From Bacteroidales bacterium (lineage in GTDB: Bacteria > Bacteroidota > Bacteroidia > Bacteroidales > VadinHA17), in assembly GCA_029932855.1 (NCBI GenBank), contig JAOZPG010000011.1, forward strand, positions 29,854 through 93,853: a stretch of DNA of 64,000 bases, given 5' to 3'. Each line of letters starts with the position of its first letter. The first letter of the stretch is position 1. This document shows positions 27,376 through 37,584 of this stretch, piece after piece. The notes beneath the pieces are model-generated. The model had not been told where the DNA came from. It saw only the letters and a list, made by a program, of their open reading frames with translations, and ran no database searches. The position numbers and the translations under genes are program-made.

Positions 27376-30237
27376 CTAATCTATCTCCTCCCTGGAACAT
27401 ATTTTGTTATAGCTGCAATACTTGCAGATATCCCTGTCCGCTGCCTGGCTAAAAGGGATATCTGTATTATATATCTCTTCCATAAGTTTTTTAAGCTCAT
27501 CCACAAACTCATCCTGCAATGGTAAAAAGTCACCAAGCTTTTTCTTATCCATGCTTATGGCTGATGAAAATTCCCTTAAGTGCATATCCCGGATATTATA
27601 AATACCGGGTACAATTATCTCCTTATCTGCATCTGCCAAATACAACCAACAGTATAAAAAAGTCTGGAATATCTCTTTTTTTCTCTTGCTCTTGCCTCTC
27701 TCAAACAGTTCTGTTAGCAATACAAAATCTTTTCCGGCCGATCCGCTTTTATAATCAATGATCCTTGTCCTCCCATCCTGTATATCAATCCTGTCAACAA
27801 TACCTTTTAGGCCCGCTCTCCCTCCATTAAAGTCTATACTCCGCTCAAATAAAGTTTCAAGCCCTTTTATCTGCAATGGAGCAATCAGGGCATCATGCTT
27901 TAAGATATTTTGTATATAGCTTATTATTACTTCCTTTATTATAATGTTAGTCTTATCTTCCTGTTTCTTGCGTACCCCTTTTTCTTTCAGCCATATACGC
28001 CGAAAAGAATCATCCAATAAACTTCTTATCCTTGCCTTGTCCTTCATAAAAGCCTTAATATCATCAGCACTCAGCAGTTTGCCTGAACCGATATAAGCTT
28101 TGTAAATATTATTGAGTACATCATGTATAATATTTCCAAAAAGAATGGGATCTATCTCCTCGCTGATCTCATCCGTCTCTCCTATCCCTGCAACATACCT
28201 GAAATAAAACTTCAGTGAACAATCCATATAAGAGTTCAGTGCGGAAGGTGAAAAACGCCTGTCTCCTCCCTCAAGGTATTTCTTAAGCACAGCCATTTCG
28301 GTCTTTCCCTTCTGAACAACAATACTCCTGGCCTCCATCCTTGCAGGGGAATACACCAGGTTCCTCTCTGTAAGCTTAATATCTGAAAGGTATTTTAACT
28401 GATAGATAAAACGGCTCTTCTCCCCCGTTTTAAATCCATCATCAGCAGTAGAATATATTAAAGTAACATTCTTTGCTCTTTGTATCAACCTGTAAAAATA
28501 ATATGCATAGATACGGTCGCGGTACTCTGTTGTAGGCAGGCCAAATCCTTTCCTGAGCTTATATGGAATAACAGAATTCCCTGCTGAACTGCCCGGGAAT
28601 GAACCCTCATTCATAGAAAGTATCAACAAGTTATTAAAATCCAGTGCCCTTGCTTCAAGTATCCCCATTATCTGCAGTCCCTTCAATGGCTCACCGGAAA
28701 AGGGCACACTTATATGTCTTATTATCTTTTTAAGAAGCTTCCTGAAAATAGTGGGTCCGATATAAATTTTTTCCTCTTTTACCAGGTCCGATAACCTGCC
28801 TGAAGCAATATAAACCTGAAAAATATACTCTGCCTGCAATTCAAATCCTCCCCCTTCCCTGTTAAGCATCACAATCTTATGCAGTATGGCCCTCAGGTAA
28901 TCTGACAGGGCCTCTGCTCCTTCAGCCCTGGTAAATATCATGCTGCTCAGTTCATCCCTTATGAGGAATGAAGCCATGGGAAAAATCAGGTTACGTCTCA
29001 GCATCTCCTTCCTTATATTCATCATCTCCTCCCCTCCGCATGCCAGTATATACTGGTGACCCAGTATTTTTAGTACATCTTTATTATAAAACAACAATTC
29101 TCCGTCTTTGCCCGATTCCTTCAATCCCTGCTGCAGATCTATAAGGCTTTCAACCAGGCCATAAACGGGTGTATTCTTCAGAGGGAGTCCCATAGTAATA
29201 TTTATGTCCTCATATTCGCCGGGTACGGAATTCATAACAACAGACAAAATATCTTCATCCGGAAGGACAACAGCAGTGTCACTTCCCTTACTTATCCCTG
29301 CCTGCTTCCATTGTTCCAGTTTCATTCCCATAATCTTTGCCTGTGCCGTGCGCCCGGGGGCAGAAATCACCTCAATAGTCTTTTTAGCTGTAAAACGGCA
29401 GGCAGGGTGTTCAGTCCTGAGGTCAGGAAATAATCTCAGGTTCTCCCGTATAAAAAAACCGGCCTCATGCTGCCTGTCATCTATGTATGAACTGTCATAA
29501 TCCCAGTAAAAACCAGCCCTGCCCGATCCGTACAACTTTGACAGTATCCTTTTCTCACTTATTGTCAAAGCATTGAAACCGATAAAATAGGCCATCCTGA
29601 ACCCCGGTTCTGTATCTTCCTCCATACGCTCACAGGCTTTCCTGTATGCCAGTCCCTCATAAACCGAACCCGACTTGTCGAGCATCTTCCTGAACCTGCT
29701 GTAAAGCTTGTGCATAATGCCCCATATCTCTCTGAACTCATTCTTCTCATCAGATTCCCTGGATATTTGAAAACTATCCCAGAAAGATCGTATAAGCTCT
29801 ATCTGTTCCGGTTCCAGGTAACTAAAATCATCATCTATGGCTTTCATCGATTCAAGGTTCCTGAACAGATCTGCAGCATCTACCATATTCTTGTCAACAT
29901 CACCAAAATCATTCAGCAAGACTTCCCCGAATAACATAAATTCATCAAAGCTTTCCGGGTTCTCAGCCTCCTGGCAATATATCCTGTAGAGGCTAAATAT
30001 CAACTGCAGGGGATCTGCAGGCCGGTATCCCGACAGCTTCATCATCATCTCACTGACAGTTATTGAATGAGGTGCCCATACAGGTTTATCTATTAAGGAA
30101 GACAGCTGTTTCATAAAAAACAGCTTTGCCCTGTGCCCGGGAAAGACAAGCCAGCATTCCGGTAGGCGGTCCTTCTCCCTGGAATATATGTCACGGGCAA
30201 CATCTTCAAGAAAGCTATATGTACTGCCTGGATTCAT
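27376..30237 (-). CDS. AddB-like PD-(D/E)XK nuclease family protein (inactivated-helicase scaffold + Fe-S staple nuclease)
   Basis: 953 aa. The C-terminal nuclease region has Cys in SYMDCSLKFYF plus CKYCSYNKIC (C..CxxCx5C), the iron-staple pattern of AddB/Cas4-type nucleases, and IIDYKSG. It is paired with a UvrD-type helicase-nuclease 1 kb upstream. Confidence 0.7.
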   Translation of the reverse strand: MNPGSTYSFLEDVARDIYSREKDRLPECWLVFPGHRAKLFFMKQLSSLIDKPVWAPHSITVSEMMMKLSGYRPADPLQLIFSLYRIYCQEAENPESFDEFMLFGEVLLNDFGDVDKNMVDAADLFRNLESMKAIDDDFSYLEPEQIELIRSFWDSFQISRESDEKNEFREIWGIMHKLYSRFRKMLDKSGSVYEGLAYRKACERMEEDTEPGFRMAYFIGFNALTISEKRILSKLYGSGRAGFYWDYDSSYIDDRQHEAGFFIRENLRLFPDLRTEHPACRFTAKKTIEVISAPGRTAQAKIMGMKLEQWKQAGISKGSDTAVVLPDEDILSVVMNSVPGEYEDINITMGLPLKNTPVYGLVESLIDLQQGLKESGKDGELLFYNKDVLKILGHQYILACGGEEMMNIRKEMLRRNLIFPMASFLIRDELSSMIFTRAEGAEALSDYLRAILHKIVMLNREGGGFELQAEYIFQVYIASGRLSDLVKEEKIYIGPTIFRKLLKKIIRHISVPFSGEPLKGLQIMGILEARALDFNNLLILSMNEGSFPGSSAGNSVIPYKLRKGFGLPTTEYRDRIYAYYFYRLIQRAKNVTLIYSTADDGFKTGEKSRFIYQLKYLSDIKLTERNLVYSPARMEARSIVVQKGKTEMAVLKKYLEGGDRRFSPSALNSYMDCSLKFYFRYVAGIGETDEISEEIDPILFGNIIHDVLNNIYKAYIGSGKLLSADDIKAFMKDKARIRSLLDDSFRRIWLKEKGVRKKQEDKTNIIIKEVIISYIQNILKHDALIAPLQIKGLETLFERSIDFNGGRAGLKGIVDRIDIQDGRTRIIDYKSGSAGKDFVLLTELFERGKSKRKKEIFQTFLYCWLYLADADKEIIVPGIYNIRDMHLREFSSAISMDKKKLGDFLPLQDEFVDELKKLMEEIYNTDIPFSQAADRDICKYCSYNKICSREEID

Positions 30238-30293
30238 CTATTTATAAAGTACTTATACTAATTTTTGTAAAAAATCTTTTAATGCCGGCATAT

Positions 30294-31265
30294 TTATTTT
30301 TTCCCCTCAATGTATTTTTTTCCCTGCCAGCTATTCCTCTCTTCAAGCCTTTTCTCAAACAATTCAAGAACATTGTCGCTGCGTTTCAGGTCCCACCTCG
30401 GACCGGCAATAAATTTCGGAGGAGCCTCCCCACTCACCCTTTCTACAATAAATGCCGGGTTCAGCCTCTCTATAAAATCAATAATAAATTCCCTGTATTC
30501 TTCCCATTCAAACAACTCAAAACTACCTGGGTTTTCTTTATATTGCTTAGCCATTTCAGTTCCCTTAATTATCTGAAGCTGGTGAAACTTTACATTGTTA
30601 AGAGGCAAAGCCGATAATATCTCTGCTTCCTTAAGCATATCATCCCTCGACTCTCCGGGAAGTCCGAAGATCAGATGTCCACCGGTTCTTATACCCCGGG
30701 CTGCCGTAGCCTCTATGGCCCAAAGACTCTTCTCAAAGCTGTGCTGCCTGTTTATAAGTTCAAGAGTATTGTTATAGCACGATTCAATCCCGTATTCAAT
30801 GATCAGGTAGGCTTTCTCAGACAGCTCTCTGAAATAATCAAGTTTCTCCTCATCCACACAATCGGGCCTTGTCCCTATTACCAGCCCGATGATGCCGGGT
30901 AATTCCAGGGCTTCATTATATAGTTTTTTCAGATGATCAAGCGGGGCATAGGTATTGGAATACGCCTGGAAATATGCAAGATACTTTTTTGCCTTGCGGT
31001 ATCTCTTCCGGTGAAATTCCATTCCCAGTTCAAGCTGCTCCTTTATTCCTTTCTGAGCTGTACAATAAGAAGGATTGAAAGCATCATTGTTACAATAGCT
31101 ACAACCGCCATATGCAAGGCTACCATCCCTGTTGGGACATGTGAAGCCGGCATCCACCGAAAGTTTCTGCACTCTCTCACCAAATAAAGACCTGAAATAA
31201 TTAGAGTAAGCATTGAACCTTCGCTCATGTCCCCATGGAAATCTATGTTTGCCTGATTTATTCAT
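30294..31265 (-). CDS. TIGR01212-family radical SAM protein (E. coli YhcC-like)
   Basis: GFTCPNRDGSLAYGGCSYCNN, KYLAYFQAYSNTY, IGTRPDC and LIFGLPGE. Co-linear with my recollection of E. coli YhcC. Confidence 0.85.
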   Translation of the reverse strand: MNKSGKHRFPWGHERRFNAYSNYFRSLFGERVQKLSVDAGFTCPNRDGSLAYGGCSYCNNDAFNPSYCTAQKGIKEQLELGMEFHRKRYRKAKKYLAYFQAYSNTYAPLDHLKKLYNEALELPGIIGLVIGTRPDCVDEEKLDYFRELSEKAYLIIEYGIESCYNNTLELINRQHSFEKSLWAIEATAARGIRTGGHLIFGLPGESRDDMLKEAEILSALPLNNVKFHQLQIIKGTEMAKQYKENPGSFELFEWEEYREFIIDFIERLNPAFIVERVSGEAPPKFIAGPRWDLKRSDNVLELFEKRLEERNSWQGKKYIEGKK

Positions 31266-31301
31266 ATTCTTTCTTCTCCTGAGTGTTATCTGCGATCTTT
31301 A

Positions 31302-34300
31302 TCATAAAGCTTCAAGCTCTCCAAGCATTGCATACCATATATATGCTTCAACATTTCTATAGCCCATCTGCTCAAGCAGCTTTTTATAATTCATCAGCTG
31401 CTTCCTGTATCCCTCCTTCTTGAGTTCCCCGAATTTATAATCTATCACTATGGCCTTATTTCCCGATATCATAACCCTGTCCGGCCGTCTCATATCTCCC
31501 CCCGGTAAAAGTATCTCCGCCTCCGTTTTTATTTCTTCCATACTACCGTCAAACCAGGCCGAAACCGCAGGATGCCCTGTCAGTTCTTTAACAAGTTCCC
31601 TGTAATGATCCCTCTCCCGTAGTGCAATACGTCCGGAAGATGCAATGCTATCTATTGCCACATCTATATCTCTCATACTAACAATATCCTCAAACAGCCT
31701 GTGCAATATCCTGCCCTGATCAAGCTTTTCCAGCTTTTCATCGCTAAACAGCTCCTCTGTTTTCTGCTTCAGCCTTAAGCCCGGCCTTGCCGGCCAGCTC
31801 TGATATTTATCTATATTAAATGAAATGTCACCCGGCCTTTCTGTATAGCTGTGATCATCCAGGCTTCCAAGCTCCCAATAATCTTTTTCTTCATTCCAGT
31901 GCCCGGAAAACTGCACAAAAGGTTTATCTCCATTCCCGGGCAGACTTTGCTCACTAAGTAAACTCCTTTTAATAAGTCCCGCTACGCTTGTGAGTTTTTT
32001 TTCTTCCTTTCCATATATCCATAAACCTTTCTCCGAGCGGGTAAGTGCAACATACAAAAGGTTAATATTATCTATAAGTACATCCAGCTTCTCTTTAAGG
32101 TAATCTGCCTCAAACAGGGAATTCTTCAGTGTAGAGGAGTAAACAACCGGTAATAAGGGGATGTCTCTGAATGGCTTTTCTTCTGATTGGCACCAGATAA
32201 CAGGCCTGTGCGAGTTATCAATCTTCCATGATGCGAAAGGAATGAAAAGATAAGGAAACTCCAGACCCTTGGCCTTATGCACTGTTAATACCCTGAGTGC
32301 ATATTTGTCATCACCAGGTTTTAGCGAGCTCTTATACCCATCTTTCTCCCACCAGTCCAGGAATGAACTCAGGTCTCCTGAATCATCATTTGAATATTTC
32401 AGGATAATATCCATAAAGGCCTGTATATAGGCAATGTCTCTTCCATCTTTACCAATAGAGTAAAGCCTTATTATTCCTTCAGCCATTTCTGCAAGTGAAG
32501 CCATTTTTAGCTTTTGCAGTTCTTCATTAATAGCTGCATCTGACAGCAGTTTGCCTGCAAGCGCCTCAAAATCGCCGGGAAAGCCCATAATCCCCACAGA
32601 ACCTGATACCAGGTCCTCATGCTCTATATACAATCCTGCAAGATGAACTTTGTCTTCGCTGTTAAGGAAATATGAAAAGAAGCTAAGCAAAAACCTTACT
32701 GCAGGCGAATTCTGAAGATACAAACTATCATTAGACACAATGGTAAAAGAAGAATATGCACTGCCAGGCATACCCTCCCTGAACTTCATAAGTGCCTCCA
32801 CTGCCAGCCTGCTGTCTTTCCTGTCTCTTACAAGCACTGCTATTTCTCCCGGAAGCACCCCCCTCTCCAGCAAGTGTCCTATTTCGCCGGTAAACCTGCT
32901 GGCAGATTCATCCTTCCATTCCTTACCCTCAATAAAGCTAATACTCACATATCCTTCTTCAACAGCTGCCTGTTTTGATGATTCCTGGGCTTGCCCATGG
33001 TAAAGATCAATTATCCTTCCCTGCATAATTTCGGCCTCGTCCCTGTCAAAAAGACTACTGTTAAAATCAGCATTAAAATGCTTCTGCAAAACTTCAGGGG
33101 CTTTCATGAAAAGAGAATTATTGAAAGCAACTATATTCCTGCAGCTTCTAAAATTAAGCTCAAGACTCTCGGTTTCAGCCTTAAGTCCTGCCATGATCTT
33201 CCAGTCACTGTTCCTCCACCTGTAAACAGACTGTTTTATGTCACCCACCACCAGATTGCTGTATCCCTGTGCTATACTATTTTCAATAAGAGGCCTGAAG
33301 TTGGCCCATTGTATCACTGATGTATCCTGGAACTCATCCAACAGGAAATGATTGAAAAATGATCCTGTCTTCTCATATATAAAAGGAGCATCATTATTAG
33401 CTATTATCTTCCACAGGAATGTGGAAGCCTCGGATATTAAAAAGCTGTTCCTCTCTTTAGAATACTCTCTTATCTTAGCAACCAGATCGTAAAAAACACC
33501 CAGTGAATAAACCTGTTTTATTAATAAGCGGGCGGTGTAATAAGACCGGAAATTCTGTTCGGCATAGAGAGATATCTCCTGCAGCAGGGGTCTGAGACTA
33601 TCCCTTATTAAAGGCAGCTTACTAATGGCATATTCCGAGGATTTGGGAAACCACATATTCTCATCTTCAACAGCTGCCCTTACATATGAGTTTAATTCAT
33701 AGGCCTTTCCACTTGCTATTTTTTCAAAAAAACCCCCTACACCTTTTCCTTTTTGTCTGAAATCATCTGCTTCAAGGGAGTTTAGCTCTAATATATCAAG
33801 GCCTCTGTGACCCATCTCCTGCATGTTGCTTTGGAATTTATCTATCAAGCCGTTCATACCTTCCTTAAAACTTCCCAGCATAGTTCTCTCACTCAGTGAA
33901 GAACTAAGCTTATCCCATTGAGCCTTTACCTTCTCTGTAAAGTACTCCTGGCCCATATCAAGAAGGTTCTTACGAAAGTTCCATGAATTGCCTTCAGCTA
34001 TCTTCATTCGGGCAAAGCTTATAAGCCACTTTCCAAGCTCCGGCGAATCATCAGCCTCCCGTAAAAGTGAATCTATAGATTCCTCCAGCACTCTTTCATG
34101 ATCAAGTTCTACCGAATAATTATAGGGCAGGCCCAGTTCCCTTATGAAACTCCTTATTACCTTCTGAAAGAAACTGTCTATTGTCTGAACTGCAAATCCG
34201 GAGTACTGGTGGAGTATGGTTTTGAGGGCTCTTCCAGCCATCTCCCTCACCTTACTGGCTGTTAATCCTGATTTTTCAACAAGGTAAGCGGTATAATGAA

Positions 34301-34547
34301 TCTCATCCTCACTGCTGCTTATCTCATGTAACTTCAGCAATATCCTGGCCTTCATCTCGTCTGCAGCCTTATTGGTAAAGGTAACTGCAAGAATATGCCT
34401 GAACTGCTCAGGATCTTTTATTATCAGCAGGACATAGTCCCTTGCAAGCCTGAATGTTTTTCCAGAACCGGCCGATGCCCTGTATAATTTTAGTTCTCCC
34501 AAATCATTCCTTTCCGTATGCACCAAATTTCTTTTCCAGGGCATCAA
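31302..34547 (-). CDS. AddA-like UvrD/REP superfamily-1 helicase with C-terminal PD-(D/E)XK nuclease
   Basis: Walker A YRASAGSGKTFRL, DEFQDTS (motif II), VGDIKQSVYRWR, TVHKAKGLEF and a C-terminal RPDRVMI...VIDYKFG nuclease motif. The ATG at 34547 overlaps murF by 44 nt. An in-frame TTG just after the murF stop (giving ..GELKLYRASAGSGKT) is an alternative start. Confidence 0.75.
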   Translation of the reverse strand: MMPWKRNLVHTERNDLGELKLYRASAGSGKTFRLARDYVLLIIKDPEQFRHILAVTFTNKAADEMKARILLKLHEISSSEDEIHYTAYLVEKSGLTASKVREMAGRALKTILHQYSGFAVQTIDSFFQKVIRSFIRELGLPYNYSVELDHERVLEESIDSLLREADDSPELGKWLISFARMKIAEGNSWNFRKNLLDMGQEYFTEKVKAQWDKLSSSLSERTMLGSFKEGMNGLIDKFQSNMQEMGHRGLDILELNSLEADDFRQKGKGVGGFFEKIASGKAYELNSYVRAAVEDENMWFPKSSEYAISKLPLIRDSLRPLLQEISLYAEQNFRSYYTARLLIKQVYSLGVFYDLVAKIREYSKERNSFLISEASTFLWKIIANNDAPFIYEKTGSFFNHFLLDEFQDTSVIQWANFRPLIENSIAQGYSNLVVGDIKQSVYRWRNSDWKIMAGLKAETESLELNFRSCRNIVAFNNSLFMKAPEVLQKHFNADFNSSLFDRDEAEIMQGRIIDLYHGQAQESSKQAAVEEGYVSISFIEGKEWKDESASRFTGEIGHLLERGVLPGEIAVLVRDRKDSRLAVEALMKFREGMPGSAYSSFTIVSNDSLYLQNSPAVRFLLSFFSYFLNSEDKVHLAGLYIEHEDLVSGSVGIMGFPGDFEALAGKLLSDAAINEELQKLKMASLAEMAEGIIRLYSIGKDGRDIAYIQAFMDIILKYSNDDSGDLSSFLDWWEKDGYKSSLKPGDDKYALRVLTVHKAKGLEFPYLFIPFASWKIDNSHRPVIWCQSEEKPFRDIPLLPVVYSSTLKNSLFEADYLKEKLDVLIDNINLLYVALTRSEKGLWIYGKEEKKLTSVAGLIKRSLLSEQSLPGNGDKPFVQFSGHWNEEKDYWELGSLDDHSYTERPGDISFNIDKYQSWPARPGLRLKQKTEELFSDEKLEKLDQGRILHRLFEDIVSMRDIDVAIDSIASSGRIALRERDHYRELVKELTGHPAVSAWFDGSMEEIKTEAEILLPGGDMRRPDRVMISGNKAIVIDYKFGELKKEGYRKQLMNYKKLLEQMGYRNVEAYIWYAMLGELEAL

Positions 34548-35889
34548 CCACAGTCTCCATGCTTACGCTGTTTGAACCCTGCAGAAGAATAACATCCCCG
34601 CTCTCAAGTATTTCAAGCAGGTAGGCAGCAGCCCCTGCAGAATCCTTAAAATGCTTCCATTTCCTGTTTTTCGATTCCTCACCAATAAGCCGTGCATATT
34701 CACCAACCGTAACAAGATGATCAATGCCGGCCTTTAATTCAGCTATCACATGCCCGATATGCTTATGTGCCTCTTCACTATGCGAACCCAGCTCTACCAT
34801 TTCTCCTATTACAGCAATGGTACGCCTGCCTCTTTGGGTCAATACAGAAATAGTGTCAAGTGATGCTTTTATAGAGTCAGGCGCAGCACTGTATGTACTA
34901 TCCAGCAAGAGTGCACCATTCTTTAAGTATGATACAACACCTCTTTTCTCAGGCGACCTGAAAGAAGAGAACCTGCCTGCTATATCTTCATCCTTTAATC
35001 CCATTTCCCTGGCGATAATATATGCAACTGCTGCATTGTATGCATAATACCTGCCAACACAATTATCCATTGTCACCGGCAGGCCGTTCAGTTTGAATGA
35101 GGGATGTGCATTTTCACATAATTGTATATCACTTATCCTCACATCTGCATCTTTACCTGCTCCAAAAGAAACAACTTTACAAGCTGCCTTTTCAGCAATA
35201 AAGTCGTAAAAATCATCATCACGGTTTAATATCAGCATCCCCCCATTATCCATCCCCTCAAGGATTTCCAGTTTAGCCCTTGCAATATTCTCCCTGCTCT
35301 TCAAAATCTCAATATGAGACATGCCAATATTTGTGATCACTGAAATTGACGGCCTGGCTATCCTGGAAAGGTAATTGATCTGGTTCATCCCTCTCATCCC
35401 AAACTCAACAACCGAAAATTGATGATCTCTTTCCAAACGCAACAGTTCTATTGGCACCCCAAGCTGATTATTAAAGTTTTTTCGACTCTTATGGGTTTTA
35501 AACCCATGCTGCAGTACATGTGCTATAAGATCTTTGGTAGATGTTTTTCCAACACTACCGGTAACAGCTACAAGAGGTATATTCAGGCGTCCCCGCCATA
35601 TCCTTCCCAAATAGCCCAATGACTCAACTGTTGAATGGACTATGAACTGTGGTATATTTATATTACTGACTTCATTTTCCACCACTGCAGCAACAGCACC
35701 TGCATCTTCAGCTTCCTTTACAAAATCATGGCCATCAACCCGCTTTCCTTTCAAGGCAACGAACAAAGTGCCTTTTTTTACCTCTTTGGAATTCTGACTA
35801 ACCCCAAAAACATAATCAATCGGAGATATCTCTTTATTGGACCTGCCTCCAACTGCAACACAGGCCTCAAATAATGGTATTGTTATCAT
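34504..35889 (-). CDS. murF: UDP-N-acetylmuramoyl-tripeptide--D-alanyl-D-alanine ligase
   Basis: SQNSKEVKKGTLFVALKGKRVDGHDFV, the P-loop VAVTGSVGKTSTKD, and overall Mur-ligase architecture. 461 aa. Confidence 0.85.
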   Translation of the reverse strand: MITIPLFEACVAVGGRSNKEISPIDYVFGVSQNSKEVKKGTLFVALKGKRVDGHDFVKEAEDAGAVAAVVENEVSNINIPQFIVHSTVESLGYLGRIWRGRLNIPLVAVTGSVGKTSTKDLIAHVLQHGFKTHKSRKNFNNQLGVPIELLRLERDHQFSVVEFGMRGMNQINYLSRIARPSISVITNIGMSHIEILKSRENIARAKLEILEGMDNGGMLILNRDDDFYDFIAEKAACKVVSFGAGKDADVRISDIQLCENAHPSFKLNGLPVTMDNCVGRYYAYNAAVAYIIAREMGLKDEDIAGRFSSFRSPEKRGVVSYLKNGALLLDSTYSAAPDSIKASLDTISVLTQRGRRTIAVIGEMVELGSHSEEAHKHIGHVIAELKAGIDHLVTVGEYARLIGEESKNRKWKHFKDSAGAAAYLLEILESGDVILLQGSNSVSMETVVDALEKKFGAYGKE

Positions 35890-35897
35890 ATTACTGA

Positions 35898-35974
35898 TTT
35901 ATTAATCAAACATTATTCAATATAATATCTGCTTTGCTTTATTAATCAAGTATTATTCAATATAATATCTGCTT
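35898..35974. repeat. Tandem duplication, 2 x 37 bp at 40-bp period, 35/37 identical
   Basis: Copy 1 at 35898-35934 and copy 2 at 35938-35974 (TTTATTAATCAA[AC/GT]ATTATTCAATATAATATCTGCTT). Copy 2 contains the last 7 codons and stop of alr. Copy 1 lies 9-45 nt upstream of the murF ATG. Confidence 0.9.
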
Positions 35975-37086
35975 ACCCTTTTACTAATATTACATGTAAC
36001 TTCATAAGGAATTGTATTCATTATTTCTGCATAATCATCAACAGTAAATAAATCATTATCAAAAATAAAGACTTCAGTCCCTTGTTCATAATAATCCAGG
36101 CCCAAATTTATCATTATCTGGTCCATGGTAATTGTTCCAATCTGACTATAGAACTTATCCCCTATCCTGATCCGCATTTTATTCGACAGCGACCTTGATA
36201 TGCCATCGGCATAACCAAGCGGGATCGTGGCTATATAACAATCCTCCCCTGTAAAGCTGTTTACCCCGTATGAAATACTGGTTCCCTTCTTCACATGCTT
36301 GATAAAAGAGATCTCTGTCCTGAGCATCATGGCCGGATTAAGGATATTATATGGTTCAGAAGCAGTAAAGGGCTGGTAACCGTATAAAATAATACCGGGA
36401 CGCAGCATATCAAAATGAGATTCAGGAAGACTTAAAATAGCCCCGCTGTTTGCCATATGTTTAATAAGAGTCCTGCCTGTGGCATTTTCAAGAAAGCTGC
36501 TTGCTGACTTAAATCTTTGGATCTGGCCATTAGAGAATTCAATGTTTGACGAATCGGAAAAATGTGAGAAAACCCCTTCAAAATAAATGTTTGCTGAACT
36601 ATTCAGCTCTTCAGCCAGGGGAGCCAGGCTATCAGGATCAGCACCTATGCGCCCCATGCCTGTATCAATTACAAGATGTAACTTTACTCTTTTTTTACAG
36701 GCTAAAGCCAGCCTGTTAAGTTCCTTAATGTCTTCTGTAGTGCATACTGTAACACTAAGCTCATTTTTTACGGACAACTCAAACTGGTCCCTGAATGTTA
36801 TACCTAGCAATAATACCGGGAGACGGATACCACCGTCTCTAAGCTCTATCCCTTCTTCAACCGTTGCCACCCCAAAGTAATCAGCCAGGCCGGCATTTTC
36901 TATATATTTTGAAACGGCAAGCGCTCCATGACCATAAGCATCTGCTTTAACAACAGCACATACTTTTGTCTCACCGGCAATAGCTTTAATATTATCAAGA
37001 TTCTTCCTGATCCGGCTTAAATCCACAATTGCAGCTGTCTTTCTTTTTCCATTAAAATTCATCAATACTTGTTTTTGATCTTTCAA
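35953..37086 (-). CDS. alr: Alanine racemase
   Basis: PLP-lysine motif AVVKADAYGHG. 377 aa, with the two-domain (TIM barrel + beta) length typical of Alr. Confidence 0.9.
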   Translation of the reverse strand: MKDQKQVLMNFNGKRKTAAIVDLSRIRKNLDNIKAIAGETKVCAVVKADAYGHGALAVSKYIENAGLADYFGVATVEEGIELRDGGIRLPVLLLGITFRDQFELSVKNELSVTVCTTEDIKELNRLALACKKRVKLHLVIDTGMGRIGADPDSLAPLAEELNSSANIYFEGVFSHFSDSSNIEFSNGQIQRFKSASSFLENATGRTLIKHMANSGAILSLPESHFDMLRPGIILYGYQPFTASEPYNILNPAMMLRTEISFIKHVKKGTSISYGVNSFTGEDCYIATIPLGYADGISRSLSNKMRIRIGDKFYSQIGTITMDQIMINLGLDYYEQGTEVFIFDNDLFTVDDYAEIMNTIPYEVTCNISKRVSRYYIE

Positions 37087-37584
37087 TAAACAACAATTTT
37101 GAAAACCGGTTCCTTAGGGGAAAAATATAATCTAGCTTAAAAATACGGTTAATTTGCAGAAAAAACAGTAAACAGAAATGCAGAATTATTATTTAATCCG
37201 ATCTATACACAAATTGATCTGTTACGAATACGTCGGTGATAAAGCTATACATTATATAAACAGACCGTTATCAGCAAAGATATCTGGCTCAATAATTATT
37301 AAGGTATATTTAGTTCCGGACTTCTTTTTCAGTCCGGTAAAATTGATTTAATAATAACATACTGATACATTATATTGCAAATACAACAAGATACAAGTCA
37401 ATGCTTTATAAAAGATCGGACAGAAGTGGATTGTTACTGCCAGGGATATCTTCAGGCATGTGTCATAATAATCCGGCCTGTCTGCAAATCTCAATATCAA
37501 AATTTATCAGGCAGGAGATGTCAGCTAATTAGCACTTCATGAATTTCTATAACAATTGTGTATATTTAAGACTTCATGATCTAA

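Noticed and set aside
27376-34547. UvrD-like helicase + PD-(D/E)XK nuclease + radical SAM as a candidate anti-phage defence system (Gabija-, Hachiman- or viperin-like)
   Set aside because: The sizes, motif order and the Fe-S staple nuclease fit the housekeeping AddAB recombination-repair pair. The radical SAM protein is co-linear with the conserved YhcC/TIGR01212 family, not viperin. The flanking genes (murF, alr) are core genes.
34504-37086. alr + murF as a split version of the bifunctional MurF-Alr fusion annotated in some Bacteroidota
   Set aside because: The gene order here is alr then murF, opposite to the fusion. Both ORFs are full length with their own start and stop codons.
37313-37340. 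7-bp hairpin CCGGACT-N8-AGTCCGG in the ORF-free gap
   Set aside because: The stem is short, there is no flanking T-tract on either strand, and no gene end is nearby. This is insufficient to call a terminator or RNA element.
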